Below, piece by piece: positions 62,944-64,000 of a stretch of DNA of 64,000 nt. Below the pieces are notes generated by a model. The model did not search any database. It saw only the letters and a program-made list of their open reading frames with translations, and was not told the origin of the DNA. Each line of letters starts with the position of its first letter. Position 1 is the stretch's first letter. The stretch lies in IMG/VR virus record IMGVR_UViG_3300020050_005097, positions 1 through 64,000 of that record. One strand, written 5' to 3'. This stretch comes from a virus (taxonomy: Duplodnaviria > Caudoviricetes). Made by a program: the position numbers and the translations under genes.

Positions 62944-63831
62944 TCACGGATCGCGGGTGAAGGCCCAGTCGCTATCACTGAACGAGTTCAGAGCGTAACC
63001 GGTAGTCGCTTCCGCGAGAATGGTAAGGTGTCCGCCAGCAACGGCGATGGTGACGGTTCCAGCAGCAACAACAGCGTTGGTGTCGGCGCGACGGTAACGA
63101 ACGCCAGTAACTGCGGGGATGGTGATGACACCAGTCGCAGAAACAAACGTCGGCTCCGTAGCCGTAACCAGCGTAATGCCACCACCGAAGAATGCAAGAA
63201 CGTCATCCGGCTGAGGAAGAATCGGATCAACGCCAACGGAACCGTAAAGGACTGCTTCCAAATCAGCAAGCTCACCAGCATCGACAACAGTCGAATCGAT
63301 CACGATAAGCGCCGTGGGCTTGTAGCCCGTGACGTTCACCGGAACAGTGGACAGCTTGTAGCTGAAAGTAATCGCCTCGGGCGAATCGTTGACAGTGCCG
63401 TACGCTTTCTCCGTCGGAGCAGCAGTAACACCATACATGAGGTGGATCTTGTACCCGTAATCCTCGCCATCGATGTCGTTGCCCTTCTTGGTCCGATAGG
63501 AAAGGCCAAACGAAGTGCGAGTCTGCTGACCAATGGTGACGCCAGCCGTGGGCGAAACGAGACCATCGAAAGGTTCAAACTCTACCGGATAAGTAAACGC
63601 CTCAAGCGTTGCCTCAAGCTGCTCGGCCGAAATGAGGTTCAGGTACTTGATGTTGTCAGCATACTTGGCGTTAGCCTCGGCACCAGTAGGAGACTCGGTA
63701 ACGGTGGTGAGACCGTTCCAAGCAACACCATTGGTGTAGTTGCCGTCAACATCGGGGATGTAAAGGACCCCATGATCAACGCCCGTTTCATAGGTGCGCT
63801 CACCAGTATTGTCCCAACTAAGTGCGGTCAT
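62944..63831 (-). CDS. Major tail (tube) protein, phi13 family
   Basis: WDNTGERTYETGVDHGVLY...YADNIKYL...GYKIHLMYG. Confidence 0.85.
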   Translation of the reverse strand: MTALSWDNTGERTYETGVDHGVLYIPDVDGNYTNGVAWNGLTTVTESPTGAEANAKYADNIKYLNLISAEQLEATLEAFTYPVEFEPFDGLVSPTAGVTIGQQTRTSFGLSYRTKKGNDIDGEDYGYKIHLMYGVTAAPTEKAYGTVNDSPEAITFSYKLSTVPVNVTGYKPTALIVIDSTVVDAGELADLEAVLYGSVGVDPILPQPDDVLAFFGGGITLVTATEPTFVSATGVITIPAVTGVRYRRADTNAVVAAGTVTIAVAGGHLTILAEATTGYALNSFSDSDWAFTRDP

Positions 63832-63839
63832 GATACTCC

Positions 63840-64000
63840 TTAGAAGTACAGTTTGTAGACAGTGTGGTTGAGTTGATCAGCCACATAGAAACGAAGAAAC
63901 ACGCAAGACGGTAAATCAGCAACCGCTGACGGGATGAGACTATCCGGGTCTCGATCGATCACAGTAACTTCATATCGTTTTTTGTGCATGTAAGGATTGT
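63840..64000 (-). CDS. Tail terminator protein, partial (5' end outside window)
   Basis: ...NPYMHKKRYEVTVIDRDPDS...YVADQLNHTVYKLYF*. Confidence 0.7.
   Translation of the reverse strand, partial: NPYMHKKRYEVTVIDRDPDSLIPSAVADLPSCVFLRFYVADQLNHTVYKLYF

Noticed and set aside
206-63843. The many plus-strand ORFs in the track (e.g. 4647..5345, 55594..56127, 58231..59049, 63028..63843)
   Set aside because: They overlap well-supported minus-strand genes, lack RBS or recognisable motifs, and have the composition of antisense shadows
1-64000. Prophage, temperate or mobile-element features
   Set aside because: No integrase, att-like tRNA duplication, transposase, IS ends or host genes were recognised in the window

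Overview
The window is most of the genome of a long-tailed (siphovirus-type) dsDNA phage. Essentially all credible genes are on the minus strand, and the plus-strand ORFs in the track look like antisense shadows. Reading the minus strand from right to left: tail module (tail terminator fragment, phi13-type tail tube, chaperone, a second tube paralogue, HK97 gp10-like protein, 1.5k-aa tape measure, Dit, hub), four small membrane/holin-like genes, an array of promoter-gene-terminator cassettes, conserved core genes, a 1241-aa helicase-primase-family B polymerase fusion, SSB, about 25 kb of small accessory genes with 2 tRNAs, a Fic protein and several strongly structured non-coding blocks, an isolated amidase endolysin, a second cassette array, an SF2 helicase, an iteron-rich origin-like region, and nucleases. 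At the left edge is a >=776-aa ORF missing from the ORF track because it runs off the window. It carries RHPH...GADFDGD, the catalytic signature of two-barrel RNA polymerases. A 25-bp motif CGCA-N6-ACA-N5-TRNRRT(G/A) occurs 21 times, always in the coding orientation and at fixed spacing, and heads the small-gene cassettes and the operon containing the RNAP-like gene. The best candidates for a new system are (i) this single-subunit RNAP-like enzyme together with the promoter/terminator cassette arrays, and (ii) an approximately 0.9-kb ornate non-coding RNA locus (29.86-30.73 kb) plus smaller structured RNAs. An actinobacterial host is inferred from DUF3039-like proteins, AAGGAG ribosome-binding sites, C/G-ending codons in cassette genes and gene order recalling ReqiPepy6-like phages. 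All family assignments come from motif recognition by eye; no database search was run. No integrase, CRISPR array or reverse transcriptase was seen.
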